NCBI GenBank assembly: GCA_963840855.1
Contig: CAWJBB010000027.1
Coordinates: 32,001 to 96,000, forward strand
Reading direction: 5' to 3'
Length of the DNA stretch: 64,000 bases
DNA from: an uncultured delta proteobacterium
GTDB taxonomy: Bacteria > Desulfobacterota > Binatia > UBA9968
How positions within the stretch are numbered: the first letter of the stretch is position 1; the number at the start of each line of letters is the position of its first letter. The notes beneath the pieces were generated by a model, which was not told the DNA's origin, searched no databases, and saw only the letters and a list, made by a program, of their open reading frames with translations. Below are positions 1-10,514 of this stretch, piece after piece. The position numbers and the translations under genes are program-made.

Positions 1-1
1 C

Positions 2-466
2 GGCCTCGCCAACTACGGCGCCGAGTGGAACAAGATCAGCACCACAGTGGGCGACGTGCTGATTTATAGCGTGCCCGTTTACCAGCAACAGTTCGGTAAC
101 GCTCTGAAGGGCGCGGCATTTGTCTTCGATCTCGGCGCGATTTGCATCGCCCACCTGGGCGATCTTGCGCACAAGCTTACCGAAGAGCAGATCAAAGCGT
201 TTGGCAAAGTCGATATTGCCATGATCCCCATCGGCGGCACCTTCACAATGCCACCCGACACCGCGCGGGAAGTCTTACAACAATTGAAGCCGAAGATCGC
301 GATTCCCATGCATTACCGAGAAAACACCGCGCTTTTGGATATGTTCGTAAAGGGCTTCCCGCACAAGTACCTCTCGACCTATAGTTACACCTTCAGCAAG
401 GCGGCGCTGCCGGTGCCGACAATGATCATGGTCTTTACGCCCTGGGGAATGCGGGACTATCGATAG
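2..466 (+). CDS. MBL-fold metal-dependent hydrolase, 5'-truncated by window edge
   Basis: Frame open from nt 2; motifs IAHLGDL, DIAMIPIGGTFTM, IAIPMHY typical of the UPF0173/lactamase_B_3 C-terminal half. Confidence 0.8.
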   Translation, partial: GLANYGAEWNKISTTVGDVLIYSVPVYQQQFGNALKGAAFVFDLGAICIAHLGDLAHKLTEEQIKAFGKVDIAMIPIGGTFTMPPDTAREVLQQLKPKIAIPMHYRENTALLDMFVKGFPHKYLSTYSYTFSKAALPVPTMIMVFTPWGMRDYR

Positions 467-508
467 GAAGGCGCAACCCGGTTTTCTCTGTGCACGTTGT
501 GACTAGAT

Positions 509-1498
509 TCATATCTTAAACGCTTCCACCGTTTCGCGCGCGAAGAGCTCGTCGAGATTGAGCCGTTGCTTGATGAGTCCCTGCTCGAAGAGATAGCCAT
601 GCAGGGTTTCTAGGTTTTTCCGGTTCGGATCGACTCCGTAGGGCCAAAAATCCGCTGTCATCAAATCCCTGGTATCTTCGTACTCAGCCGAGGTCCAAGG
701 CAGACTGACGCGCAAAACGTTCGTGTCATAAAGATCGCGCATGCAGATCTCTTTGGCTTCGCAGAAAGCTTTATACAACGTCTGCGCCACCCACGGTTCT
801 TTTTCGTAAATCGCCCGTTTAATCACGATCACATGCATGATCGGAAACAGACCGGTCTTTTTGAAATACGCCATCTCGACTTGTCGATAGTTCGGAAAAA
901 GGCGCCTAACTTTTAGGGAACCTTCTAGAAAACAAGTGGGCATCCGTGGTGACATCATGGCGTCGATCTCGCCGCTCTCGATCATGGCGTTCAACGTGGT
1001 ATCGGGGCGGCTCTCCATGCGCACTCCCACGGGCATCTCGAAATCCACCCGGTCTTTTCGTCCCGGGTGTTCCTCGCCGGCTTGCACCCAGTGAATATCT
1101 TTCGGCGGGACGCCGTATTCATGCTCGAACATGCCGCGCAACCACACGGCGGCCGTCATGCTGTATTCCGGCACGCCCATGCGCTTGCCGCGCAGGTCTT
1201 CGACGCGCTGAATGCCGGAATTCGTGTTCACGAAGATACAACGATGGCGAAATGTGCGGGACGGAAAAACGGGTATCGCGATAAACGGCCGCCGGCCACG
1301 CGCCGCAGCGGTCAAAAATGCGCCCATGGAAAGCTCCGATGCATCGAATTCTTCGTACTTCATCATGCGCCAGAAGATTTCTTCGACGGACATGACCAGG
1401 TAGTTGATTTCGATGCCCTCCGGTTTGACGACGCCGTCTTTGAGCGGCCTGGTCCGGTCGTAGTCTTCACATGCCAAGGTTAAATGGAGCACGCTCAT
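509..1498 (-). CDS. 4,5-dihydroxyphthalate decarboxylase-like / periplasmic-binding-fold protein
   Basis: LTLACEDYDRT, EEIFWRM...FDASELS, IPVFPSRTFRH, FPIMHVIVI, WPYG motifs of the PhtD/OphC-like family; no signal peptide. Confidence 0.75.
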   Translation of the reverse strand: MSVLHLTLACEDYDRTRPLKDGVVKPEGIEINYLVMSVEEIFWRMMKYEEFDASELSMGAFLTAAARGRRPFIAIPVFPSRTFRHRCIFVNTNSGIQRVEDLRGKRMGVPEYSMTAAVWLRGMFEHEYGVPPKDIHWVQAGEEHPGRKDRVDFEMPVGVRMESRPDTTLNAMIESGEIDAMMSPRMPTCFLEGSLKVRRLFPNYRQVEMAYFKKTGLFPIMHVIVIKRAIYEKEPWVAQTLYKAFCEAKEICMRDLYDTNVLRVSLPWTSAEYEDTRDLMTADFWPYGVDPNRKNLETLHGYLFEQGLIKQRLNLDELFARETVEAFKI

Positions 1499-2163
1499 TT
1501 TTTTCTCGTACCGGATGATGACTTTACTTTTTGCGCGCCCGCCACCAGTTTTACGAATTTTTGCATTTCTGTGACGAACCGTTTTTTGCCCTCTTCCTTC
1601 AACAAGCTTTCCAGGTACGCGCTACCGAGACATATACCCGTCACACCGGCGCGCACGTACTCTTGGACGTTCTTCAGGCTCACGCCGCCTGAGACCATAT
1701 ACCGTATATCAGGGAACGGTCCCCGCATCTGCTTGACGAAATAGTGCCCGCCGACCAAATCGGCGGGGAAAATCTTGACAAGATCCGCATGCGCGCGCCT
1801 TGCGGCGATTATCTCCGTGGGTGTCGCCGCGCCGGGAACGCAAGCGACGTTGGCCCCATGGCAGATCTCGACCAAGTTAAGCTCCAGCGACGGCGATACG
1901 ACAAACTCCGCGCCGGCGTTGATGGCCCGTTCCGCCTGCTGCGGAGCTAGCACCGTGCCGGCGCCGACGTGAACTCTTTTCTCGCGCGCCAGCTCACCCA
2001 TAACATCCAAAGCGCCCGGCACGCTGAAGGTGATCTCGACGAATTTGATTCCACCCTCCGCCGCGGCGTGTGCCAACCCCAAAGCTTCTTCGGCGCTCTG
2101 CGAACGCACCACGGCCACCAAACGGCTTACGTAAAGTTCGGAAACGAGCCGGATTCGATCCAT
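1495..2163 (-). CDS. eda: KDPG/KHG aldolase family protein
   Basis: VAVVR, VEITF, GAGTV, FVVSP, PGAATPTE, VKIFPA, GGVS motifs. Confidence 0.85.
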   Translation of the reverse strand: MDRIRLVSELYVSRLVAVVRSQSAEEALGLAHAAAEGGIKFVEITFSVPGALDVMGELAREKRVHVGAGTVLAPQQAERAINAGAEFVVSPSLELNLVEICHGANVACVPGAATPTEIIAARRAHADLVKIFPADLVGGHYFVKQMRGPFPDIRYMVSGGVSLKNVQEYVRAGVTGICLGSAYLESLLKEEGKKRFVTEMQKFVKLVAGAQKVKSSSGTRKK

Positions 2164-2173
2164 AGTAAGGAGC

Positions 2174-2236
2174 GTTCAATGCGTTCAAAAAGTTCAAATC
2201 GTTCAAAACGGCTTGAACAGCTCGAACGGCTTGAAC
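2174..2236. repeat. Nonamer tandem inverted-repeat hairpin (GTTCAAnnn x4 / nnnTTGAAC x3)
   Basis: GTTCAA at 2174, 2183, 2192, 2201; TTGAAC/TCGAAC at 2213, 2222, 2231. Confidence 0.9.
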
Positions 2237-2242
2237 TGACCG

Positions 2243-3016
2243 CTAAGTTAGACTCAACCCGCCATCGACGATCAACGTCTGCCCGGTGACGAAATCCCCA
2301 CCGGTAATAAGTCCGAGAATCGCGCCGGCGATGTCTTCAGGGCTGGCGATGCGTTGCAATGGATAACCCGCGGAGGCGTTGGCGATCACCTGTTGGTAGT
2401 CGGCGCCGAAGTGCTGGCTCATCCATGGCGTGTCGGTGAACGCCGGCGCAACGCAGTTGACGCGGACCTTCGGCGCCATTGCCACGGCCAGCCCGCGGGT
2501 CATATAAATCAACGCTGCCTTCGCCGTACCATAAGCCAGCGACGACATCGTCGATGGCGCTAGCACGCCACTGATCGATGAAACGTTGACGATCATTCCC
2601 TGGCTCGCCTCTAACAACGCCGCCGCCGCCCGCGCGCAGCGGAATGCGCCTTTGACGTTGACATCGAAAATCTCATCCCAGATCGCATCCGTCAGGCCCG
2701 CCAAATCGGCGAGATTCACCCAGTGGGTCACGCCGGCACTATTGATGACAATATCGAGCCGGCCAAATGTTTCACCGATCTCGGCGATCGCGGAGCAGAC
2801 CTGCTCGTCGTTTTGAACATCGGCCTGAACAGCGACGGCTTTCACGCCACTGCGAGAGATTTCCTGGGCGAGTTCTTCGGCCTCCCGCCTCGACTTGCGG
2901 TAATTGATTGCGATACCGCTGATACCGGCCTTAGCCAGGCTACGCACCACCGCCCCGCCGATCCCGCCGGCGCCGCCGGTCACCAGAGCTACTCTGCCGC
3001 TTAATTCCACAAGCAT
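2243..3016 (-). CDS. SDR family oxidoreductase
   Basis: TGGAGGIG, NSAG, YGTAK motifs; start moved to ATG at 3016 (MLVELSGRVALV) because the ORF-track extension runs through a repeat. Confidence 0.9.
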   Translation of the reverse strand: MLVELSGRVALVTGGAGGIGGAVVRSLAKAGISGIAINYRKSRREAEELAQEISRSGVKAVAVQADVQNDEQVCSAIAEIGETFGRLDIVINSAGVTHWVNLADLAGLTDAIWDEIFDVNVKGAFRCARAAAALLEASQGMIVNVSSISGVLAPSTMSSLAYGTAKAALIYMTRGLAVAMAPKVRVNCVAPAFTDTPWMSQHFGADYQQVIANASAGYPLQRIASPEDIAGAILGLITGGDFVTGQTLIVDGGLSLT

Positions 3017-3030
3017 CCTTTCGGAATGAA

Positions 3031-3106
3031 GTCTCGGGTCCAGAGTCTTGAGTCTCGAGTCCTCTCCGACACACTGACAATCAGAATCAACTCTAGACGC
3101 CAGGCC
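3031..3106. repeat. Heptamer inverted-repeat element, GTCTCGA family (degenerate right arm)
   Basis: gtctcgg gtccaga gtcttga gtctcga ... ctctagacgccaggcc. Confidence 0.65.
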
Positions 3107-3123
3107 AACGGCCATCTTTATCC

Positions 3124-4860
3124 TTATCCTTTAGCCTTCATCCTTTCTCTCATCTTCTTCGTCTCCTCTTCGTCGATCTCCCAATCGCGCGGCAGTTTTA
3201 CAAGCGCGTCGGGCTTGCCTGTGAAACGTACGGCGACGCCATAGCTCTTTTCCGCTTCTTCGGGACCGACGTAACCTTCAATCACATCCCGCAGAACCAG
3301 CTCAGGCGCGCGCTCAAAAGCATTACCGTAGCCGCCGCCCCCCGGAAGATTCACATGAACGACATCGCCCCGCTTGAGATCCACCATTGCCTTGGCGTGT
3401 AAGCGCGTGCCGTCGCCAAGCAGCACTTCCCCCTTGGCGCCGCTACCGCCGCCGAGAAGGCCGGGCGCAGGATACTCGGTGCGGTCGGCGATCGAGCTAA
3501 CGCTCCACCTGCCCTCGCCCCGTCTGGTAAACTCCGTGAGTTGTCCCAACCCGCCGCGCCACTTGCCCGCGCCGCCGGAATCGGGGCGCAATTGGCGCCG
3601 TTGCAAAACCACCGGCGACAAACTTTCGATTACTTCAGCCGGCACGCCGGCAACGCCGCTGGGAAAGCCCACCGCGCTCAAGCCGTCTTTCGCGGGCCGC
3701 GCGCCGGTGCCGCCCACTTGAAAGATCGTCAGGGTAAAGGGTGGATTTTGTCCGCGCCAGACACTGAGCCAGATCGGATCGGCGCCGGGTGCCATCAAAC
3801 GGCCGGGCAGCGCCCCGGACAACGCGGCGAAAATCGCGCTGGGGATAAAGTGGCCGATCACCTGGCGACTTGCCACCGGCGCCGGATCGAGAGCGTTCAT
3901 GATACTGCCCGGCGGCGCGCTCACATGCACGGGGCGGAAGCTGCCTTCGTTGTGCGGCACGTCGGGGCAGATCGCCGCTTTTATCGCGAAGCTGGCGTAG
4001 GCGTGGGTGTAATTCAGCACGACATTTATACCGCGCGTGCTCTGCGGCGAGGAGCCGGCAAAATCGATGAAGATCTCGTCGCCCGCCACCTTCACGGTGC
4101 AGCGAATCACGATGGGCTCTTCGAAACCGTCGCTCCAGGTTTCGTTCGACCATTCTCCGCTGGGGAGTTTCCGAATCTCGCTCCGCACCGCAGTTTCCGA
4201 TCGCGCGATGATTTCCTCCGCCACCGGATCGATGCTGTCGAGAGCGAACTCCTCCATCATTTCGAGCAGCGCCCGGCCGCCGGCATCGTTACTCGCCGTC
4301 TGCGCATAAAAATCGCCGATGACTTCATCGGGCTGGCGCACGTTGGAGCGCACCAGCTGCATGAGAATACGGTTAGGCTCGCCGCGGTCGAACAACTTCA
4401 TGATCGGGATGCGCAGCCCCTCCTCGAAGACTTCGCGCGCTTCGGCGGAGAGAATGCGCCCGCCGATATCGGCGCTATGGCAAGTATTGGCAAACAGCGC
4501 CACCAGTTTGCCGTGTTTGAAGACCGGCGTGGTGATGGTAATGTCGTTGATCTGTCCGGCGGTTTGCCAGGGATCGTTGGTGATCAAAACATCGCCCGGC
4601 GCCATTTTGTCGGCTGGAAAGGCGGCGAGAAAATGTTTCATCGACGTCGCCATGGCGTTGATATGCCCCGGCGTGCCGCTCAGCGACTGCGCGATCATCC
4701 TGCCTTTGGTGTCGAACAAACCGCAGGCAAGGTCCTGGCTTTCGCGGACAATCGTACTAAAAGCAGTGCGAATGAGGGCGTCCTGCTGCTCGTTGGCGAC
4801 CGAAAGAAATCGGTTCCAGATGACTTCCAGGGTCACCGGATCCATGGCGTTATTTTGCAC
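3124..4860 (-). CDS. Hydantoinase B/oxoprolinase family protein
   Basis: DPVTLEVIWNR, AFSTIVRESQD, NDPW, HSADIGG, EEGLRIP, DSGGAGKWRGGLG, PGGGGYG. Confidence 0.92.
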   Translation of the reverse strand: MQNNAMDPVTLEVIWNRFLSVANEQQDALIRTAFSTIVRESQDLACGLFDTKGRMIAQSLSGTPGHINAMATSMKHFLAAFPADKMAPGDVLITNDPWQTAGQINDITITTPVFKHGKLVALFANTCHSADIGGRILSAEAREVFEEGLRIPIMKLFDRGEPNRILMQLVRSNVRQPDEVIGDFYAQTASNDAGGRALLEMMEEFALDSIDPVAEEIIARSETAVRSEIRKLPSGEWSNETWSDGFEEPIVIRCTVKVAGDEIFIDFAGSSPQSTRGINVVLNYTHAYASFAIKAAICPDVPHNEGSFRPVHVSAPPGSIMNALDPAPVASRQVIGHFIPSAIFAALSGALPGRLMAPGADPIWLSVWRGQNPPFTLTIFQVGGTGARPAKDGLSAVGFPSGVAGVPAEVIESLSPVVLQRRQLRPDSGGAGKWRGGLGQLTEFTRRGEGRWSVSSIADRTEYPAPGLLGGGSGAKGEVLLGDGTRLHAKAMVDLKRGDVVHVNLPGGGGYGNAFERAPELVLRDVIEGYVGPEEAEKSYGVAVRFTGKPDALVKLPRDWEIDEEETKKMRERMKAKG

Positions 4861-6928
4861 CCGTCAACTCCACGATGATATCGAGCCTTTCGTCCACCCG
4901 TGCGCGGCCGCCGGCGCCGACGATCAAGGTCGATTCCCGTTCTTCTACAATGGCGGGACCTGCGAATTTCATTCCCGGCTGCAATGCGTAGCGGTCGAAA
5001 ACCGCCGTCTCCACATAGCCGCCGCATTCCGGGAAATAAGCGCGGCGCGGGCTTTTGCGCGCGCCGTCGCGATTAGACTCGCCCCGCGGCAGCTGCAAAT
5101 TCATCTCGGGGCGCGGTCCACTGGCGACCACCCGCCAGTTGATGATTTCGAGCGGCACATCGGGACCTTTGCGCCCGTATAGATTTTTATAAGTATCCTC
5201 GAAAGCGGCGCCGATCTGAGCCTGATGCCGCGGGCCCAACTCGCCGTCTGGCACTCGCACCGACACTTCATGTCCCTGCCCGACATAGCGCATATCGGCG
5301 GTTCGCTGATAAGCGATGGCAGTTTTCGCCAGGCCTGAACTTTCAAGCACGCGGCGCCCTTCTTCCGCCATCTCGTTAAGTAAGCCGTTGGCGAATGACC
5401 AATCGAGTTCATCGAGACGGCTGTAGGCGCTGCGCACGAAGTCGAACGCCAGCGGCGCCGCCAGCAGACCGAAGGTCGAGCCGACGCCGGCGCCAAAGGG
5501 TGAGATCAACGCCGGCAAGCGCAATATCTCGGCCACGCGATAACCATGCACGGGACCGGCGCCGCCAAAGGCATACATCGGCATGCGCCGCGGATCTTTG
5601 CCGCGCTCGCCCAGATGGGCGCGCGCCGCGTTGGCCATATTTTCGTTGACGATCTGGTGAATACCCCAGGCGACTTGCTCGACGTTCATGTTCAAAGGCT
5701 GGGCCAGACGGCCCAGCGCCGCACGGGCGCCGCCCAGATCGAGTTGCATTTTGCCGCCCAGAAAATAGTTAGGATCGAGGTAGCCGAGCACGAGATCGGC
5801 GTCGGTCACCGTGGCATCGCTGCCGCCCTGCCGATAACAAACCGGGCCCGGGTCCGCGCCAGAACTATCCGGCCCGACTTTGAGCAGGCCCAGGGAATCT
5901 ACCCGCGCGATGCTGCCGCCGCCGGCGCCAAGCTCGATCATATCGATCACGGGGACGCGCACCGGCAAGCCGCTGCCCTTGCGAAAACGATAGACGCGGT
6001 CGACTTCGAACTCATGGGTCTTGAGCGGCTCACCGTCTTCGATGACGCAGAGCTTTGCCGTGGTGCCGCCCATGTCGAATGAAAGCAAATCCCTGTGGCC
6101 GGAGCGCACTCCGGCGTAGGCCGCCGCCAACGCTCCCGCGGCGGGACCTGATTCCAAAAGCCGCACTGGAAAGCGCGACGAGGTCTCCCGCGTCGCGATC
6201 CCGCCGCTCGACAACATGACGAAGAAACTCCCCGCAAAGCCGATGCCGTCGAGCCGCGCCTGCAACTGCCCGAGATAAGCCGACACCCGCTCCTGCACGT
6301 AAACATTGGCCAAGGTCGTGCTGGTGCGCTGGAACTCGCGAATCTCGGCGACCACTTCCGAGCTGAGCGATACGCGCATCTCCGGCGCGATTTCCCCGAT
6401 GATCTCGGCGGTGCGCCGTTCGTGCTCGGGGTTGCGAAAACTGTTGAGGTAGCAAACGCCGATGGCTCGGATGCCCTTGTCGCGCAGCTCGGTGACGAGC
6501 CGGCGCACGAAGGATTCGTCGAGCGGCTTAAGCACACTGCCGTCTGCCGCGACCCGCTCCGGCACGTCAAAGCGCAAATGGCGCGGCACCAGCGGCTTGG
6601 GCAAATCCAAATTTAAGTCGTACAGTTCGTAGCGGTGTTCGCGGCCGATCTCGACGGCATCGCGGAAGCCGGCGGTGGTGAGCAGCGCCGTGGACGCGCC
6701 TTTGCGCTCGATGAGCGCATTGGTCACTAACGTTGTGCCATGGATCAAGGTGCCGCGCTCGGCGGTTTGCCCGGCGCCGTTTTTCAGCGCCGGGCTGAGC
6801 GCATTTTCAACCGCGAGACTAGGATCCCCCGGCGTCGTCAGAGTTTTCCCGATGACCACCTTTCCGTCCGAACCGACGAACAGCATGTCGGTAAAGGTGC
6901 CGCCGATGTCGATGCCGACTTTATACAT
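4850..6928 (-). CDS. Hydantoinase A/oxoprolinase family protein
   Basis: GIDIGGTFTD, HGTTLVTNA, ESGPAAG, DMGGTT, GAGGGS, GADPGPVCY, DMRYVGQGHE. Confidence 0.93.
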   Translation of the reverse strand: MYKVGIDIGGTFTDMLFVGSDGKVVIGKTLTTPGDPSLAVENALSPALKNGAGQTAERGTLIHGTTLVTNALIERKGASTALLTTAGFRDAVEIGREHRYELYDLNLDLPKPLVPRHLRFDVPERVAADGSVLKPLDESFVRRLVTELRDKGIRAIGVCYLNSFRNPEHERRTAEIIGEIAPEMRVSLSSEVVAEIREFQRTSTTLANVYVQERVSAYLGQLQARLDGIGFAGSFFVMLSSGGIATRETSSRFPVRLLESGPAAGALAAAYAGVRSGHRDLLSFDMGGTTAKLCVIEDGEPLKTHEFEVDRVYRFRKGSGLPVRVPVIDMIELGAGGGSIARVDSLGLLKVGPDSSGADPGPVCYRQGGSDATVTDADLVLGYLDPNYFLGGKMQLDLGGARAALGRLAQPLNMNVEQVAWGIHQIVNENMANAARAHLGERGKDPRRMPMYAFGGAGPVHGYRVAEILRLPALISPFGAGVGSTFGLLAAPLAFDFVRSAYSRLDELDWSFANGLLNEMAEEGRRVLESSGLAKTAIAYQRTADMRYVGQGHEVSVRVPDGELGPRHQAQIGAAFEDTYKNLYGRKGPDVPLEIINWRVVASGPRPEMNLQLPRGESNRDGARKSPRRAYFPECGGYVETAVFDRYALQPGMKFAGPAIVEERESTLIVGAGGRARVDERLDIIVELTGAK

Positions 6929-6931
6929 GGA

Positions 6932-7023
6932 GTCTAAGTTTCAAGGTCTAGGGTCTCGTGTCTAGGGTCTAGAGTTACTCGTCCGCCACGCAAACCCGAG
7001 ACCCGAGACGCCGGACCCTGGAC
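6932..7023. repeat. Heptamer inverted-repeat hairpin, GTCTAGG / CCCGAGAC family
   Basis: gtctaag tttcaag gtctagg gtctcgt gtctagg gtctaga ... acccgag acccgag acgccgg accctgg ac. Confidence 0.85.
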
Positions 7024-7029
7024 AATAAT

Positions 7030-8049
7030 TTATTGGCCGAACAGATCCAAAAGCCTTTGGGTTTGATGCGCCGCGGCCGGCCGTAAAAGCGGAATCTTAA
7101 CACCGGCGTCGCGGTATTGCTGCACGCGCTTTTTGACTTCGTCCGGCGCGCCACTGGCGGTCATGCCTTCGACGTAGGAATCGGGAATCGCCTTGATGAG
7201 CCCTTCCATGCCGCCTTCGGCATGGGCCTTCTCAAAAATCGGAATATCTTCTTTGCGAATATACGGCTCGCCAACGCGCATCTTGGGCGCGGCGATGAAG
7301 GAAATCTGTACCGGATCGAGCTTGGTCGCCACCTCCCAGCGCACGGCGTCCAGCGCCTTCTTATGGTCGTCTTCGATGGAGCAATTGATGATCTGGGCAA
7401 CTTCGAACTTGGAAAAATCCCGTCCCGCTTGCTGCGCTGATTCTTTGATGATTTTTAGCGCATTGACCGTATATTCCGGCGAGCATACCGCGTTGAGCAC
7501 GACGCCGTCGCCCACCGCTCCGGCGAGTTTGAGGCCGATGGTGGCGGTCGCTGGAACGTAAAACGGAATATGCGTCCGGATGGGCTTCCAACCAAGTCCG
7601 ACATTGTCGAAGTTGACGAACTTGCCATGATACGAAACTTTCTCGCCGCTAAAGAGCAGCCGCATCGATTCGATGTACTCCCGCAAAACCTCCGTCGGCG
7701 TCGCGCCCACGTCCTGCGGCAGCGCGTGCACCCGCGCATGGCTTTTCGTACAAGCGCCGGGAGCGGCGGTGATGCGCCCGCCGGTCAATTCATCCAGCGT
7801 CGCCAGCGACTGCGCCATCACCACGGGGCCGCGCAATCGGACGATCTGGGTCGTGCCCAGGGTAAGATTCTTGGTGGCCAATCCAATCGCCGACAGCGAC
7901 GATACCGAATCGCGCATCAGCTCAATGGTCTCTGAGAAAAACGCCATCTCAAAGCCGCGTTCCTCGGCTTGCCGCATGATATCCGTCATCTCGCGTACAT
8001 TGGTAAATTTACCGTAACCTAGGGCGTAACCGACTCGCTGCTTCACCAT
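7030..8049 (-). CDS. LLM-class (luciferase-like) flavin/F420-dependent oxidoreductase
   Basis: AEERGFEMAFFSE, ATLDELTGGR, LKLAGAVGDGVVLN; ATG at 8049 preceded by AAGGAG. Confidence 0.85.
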   Translation of the reverse strand: MVKQRVGYALGYGKFTNVREMTDIMRQAEERGFEMAFFSETIELMRDSVSSLSAIGLATKNLTLGTTQIVRLRGPVVMAQSLATLDELTGGRITAAPGACTKSHARVHALPQDVGATPTEVLREYIESMRLLFSGEKVSYHGKFVNFDNVGLGWKPIRTHIPFYVPATATIGLKLAGAVGDGVVLNAVCSPEYTVNALKIIKESAQQAGRDFSKFEVAQIINCSIEDDHKKALDAVRWEVATKLDPVQISFIAAPKMRVGEPYIRKEDIPIFEKAHAEGGMEGLIKAIPDSYVEGMTASGAPDEVKKRVQQYRDAGVKIPLLRPAAAHQTQRLLDLFGQ

Positions 8050-8240
8050 CAAAGGGCTCCTTACCAGAATTCGTTTGCTAAGACCTTTTCGTTTAGATTT
8101 ATTTACAATTGTAGTCTGATTCATACTTGAAGGCGATATAGGCGTCAACGTAGCGCGTTGAGAATCACCGTGTCGGCAACGGCCGGTACGAAAGCGTCAG
8201 GGATAAGAATACTATATTGATGGGCACGAGAGCGGGTTTC

Positions 8241-9777
8241 TTACCGTACTTTCATGTTCCAGCCAAAAATTCGCTCGCTCGGCAGGGGCCGGTAATCGAC
8301 GTTCTTCGCCAAACCAAACAAGAGCTGATGGCGCCAGAGAAAATGCGCCGGCGCTTCTTCGGTAATCACGCTCATCGCCTGGGCGAGAATCTTTTTACGC
8401 TTCGCCGGATCGAAGGTTTGCCGTTCTTGGCTCAACAATTCGTCCACCTTTGGATTTGAATAGCCGATGCGCGGCGATCCGCCGGTTTCAAAATACTGCG
8501 ACAAGGCGAGGCTTGGATCGACGACACCGCCGCGGCCCATGTAGTAGAACGGCACCTTGCCGACCTGCACGTTGGCCCACAACGTCGCCCACTCCGGCGT
8601 CAACAGTTTAGCGCGAAAACCGGCGGCATTGAGCATAGGAATCATCGCTTCGGTGATTTGCTTATCCAATGTATAGCGCCCCACCGGGGTTTGTAGCTCG
8701 ACATCGACGCCGTTGGGATAACCGCCTTGTTTCAAAAGCTCCCTGGCCTTTTCCGGATTGTAGGCGTACTTCGGTTGCAAGCTCGGATCGTAGCCATACT
8801 GCCCTTCGCCGATGGGCCCATCGAGCCGCGACGCTTCGCCTCGAAGAATCGTTTTCATGATGGTGTCTCGGTCAATCGCGTAGGCCACCGCCTGGCGCAC
8901 TAACTTGTTATCCCAAGGTTTAACCTTCGGCATCATCGCCAGGAACATGATTTCCGCGGAGTGGAACTTGACGATCTTATGTCTCGGGCTCTGTTCCACC
9001 CGCTGGCGCAGATGGGGCGGCACGAATTGAGCGATCTGAATCTCATTATTGAGCAGCGCGGTCACTCTCTGTTCGGGCTCGCGCATATTGCGAAAAACGA
9101 TTTCATCCGGCGCTAGCGGATACTGCTTCCACATCGGATGGGACCTGTCCTTGCCGATCACCAGCCGCTGGCCCGGCATCAGCTCGCGGAACTTGTAGGG
9201 CCCCGCGCCGATGGGATATTGGCGGTCCGCGACGTCCGGACCGTATTTGTCATATAACGCCTTGTTGGTCACGATGATGCGGTCGAAAAGATAATCCAAT
9301 AGCGGCGCCGTCGGCGTCTTCGTTGTGACCTGCACCGTGTAGTCATTGAGCGCTCTTTCGCTCGCCACAGCCGATATATTTTGCCGCTGCTTGCTTTGCG
9401 GATCGTTGCGCGTCCGCCCCATGGAATGGACGATATCGTGGGCCGTCACCGGCGTGCCGTCATGGAATTTGAGCCCTTTGCGCACGTGAAACAGCCAGGT
9501 GTTCGGATCTTTGACCTCCCATCTTTCCACGATCAATCCCACGTATTGCCCCTGGTCGAAATCGTACGTACCGAGGCAACCCAAGACCTGGCACCATATG
9601 CTGTACATCAGAGCCACGCTGTCGCCGTAAGGATTGAAGAAAGGTGTCCATCGTTTCGGTGACCCCGATGGAAATACGCGTTTCAGCCTGGGCGGTACCC
9701 CTGCGATTCGAAGGAGCGCCTAAGACGGTTGCTAGAGCCGTCACAACAACGACAATTTTCAACCGTGATCGCTTCAT
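8241..9777 (-). CDS. ABC transporter substrate-binding protein, family 5 (peptide/nickel), frameshifted near 9640
   Basis: Signal peptide ORF 9777 (MKRSRLK...ETMDT) continues as FNPYGDSVALMY... after a 4-nt insertion; KFHDGTPVTA, GAGPYKF, VRQAVAYAIDR. Confidence 0.8.
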
Positions 9778-9835
9778 AATCCCTCCCGCGGAAATAACTT
9801 CTACTTTTTACTCTTTGCGGTTAAATCCCGAAAAT

Positions 9836-10348
9836 CTATTTCTGCCGGGGCACCACCGCCCAGGCTTCGATTTCCACCAGCATGTCCGGCAGATCGATGC
9901 CGACCCCGCGCAGTAATGTGGCCGGCCTGGGGTGAGCGCGCAGGTCCGGTTCATGCTGCTCAAAGAAAGCGTACATCTCGTCGCGCATGTCGAAGACATC
10001 TTCGCGGCGCTTCAAATAATAACGGAGCATGACGATGTTCTTGAGCGAAGCGCCCATCATTTCGAGATTATGCTTGATGTCATCCCAGCACTGCCGGGTC
10101 TGCTCCTTGATGCCGCCGACGACCTTGCCCCTGCCGGCCCGTTCTTGATCGGGCGTGCGGCACGGCGCATCTTCGAAGGGATCGCGCCCCGTGGATCCCG
10201 AAAGAAAAAGAATGTCGACGTCCCCTTTGGTGCGAAAGCCGGTCGCCCAGTTCATCTTCTCTTTATGATAATGGGGCCAGAGCGCGCCCCAGTCGTATTC
10301 GACCTTTTCGGCTTTTTGTTTTGCCAGCGATTCGGGATTCTGTGCCAT
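9836..10348 (-). CDS. RidA/YjgF/UK114 family protein with N-terminal extension
   Basis: LFLSGSTG, EQTRQCWDDIKHNL, LPDMLVEIEAWA; SD AAGGAGG upstream. Confidence 0.8.
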   Translation of the reverse strand: MAQNPESLAKQKAEKVEYDWGALWPHYHKEKMNWATGFRTKGDVDILFLSGSTGRDPFEDAPCRTPDQERAGRGKVVGGIKEQTRQCWDDIKHNLEMMGASLKNIVMLRYYLKRREDVFDMRDEMYAFFEQHEPDLRAHPRPATLLRGVGIDLPDMLVEIEAWAVVPRQK

Positions 10349-10514
10349 AGGATGATAATCCTCCTTATCCGTGTTCCGGCGTAGACCGCTATTTCGTGCT
10401 TATCAATAACTCAAACTCAAAAATCATGCCAATGAAAATCGCCTCCGGCTGTGTCTGCGATTCCGGCTTGCCCACGGCCACGCCATCTTATATGTAATTT
10501 GTGTAACGCGCGAA

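Noticed and set aside
3541-5182. Long plus-strand ORFs (445 aa, 287 aa) opposite the hydantoinase genes
   Set aside because: Antisense shadows of GC-rich genes with clear family motifs on the other strand.
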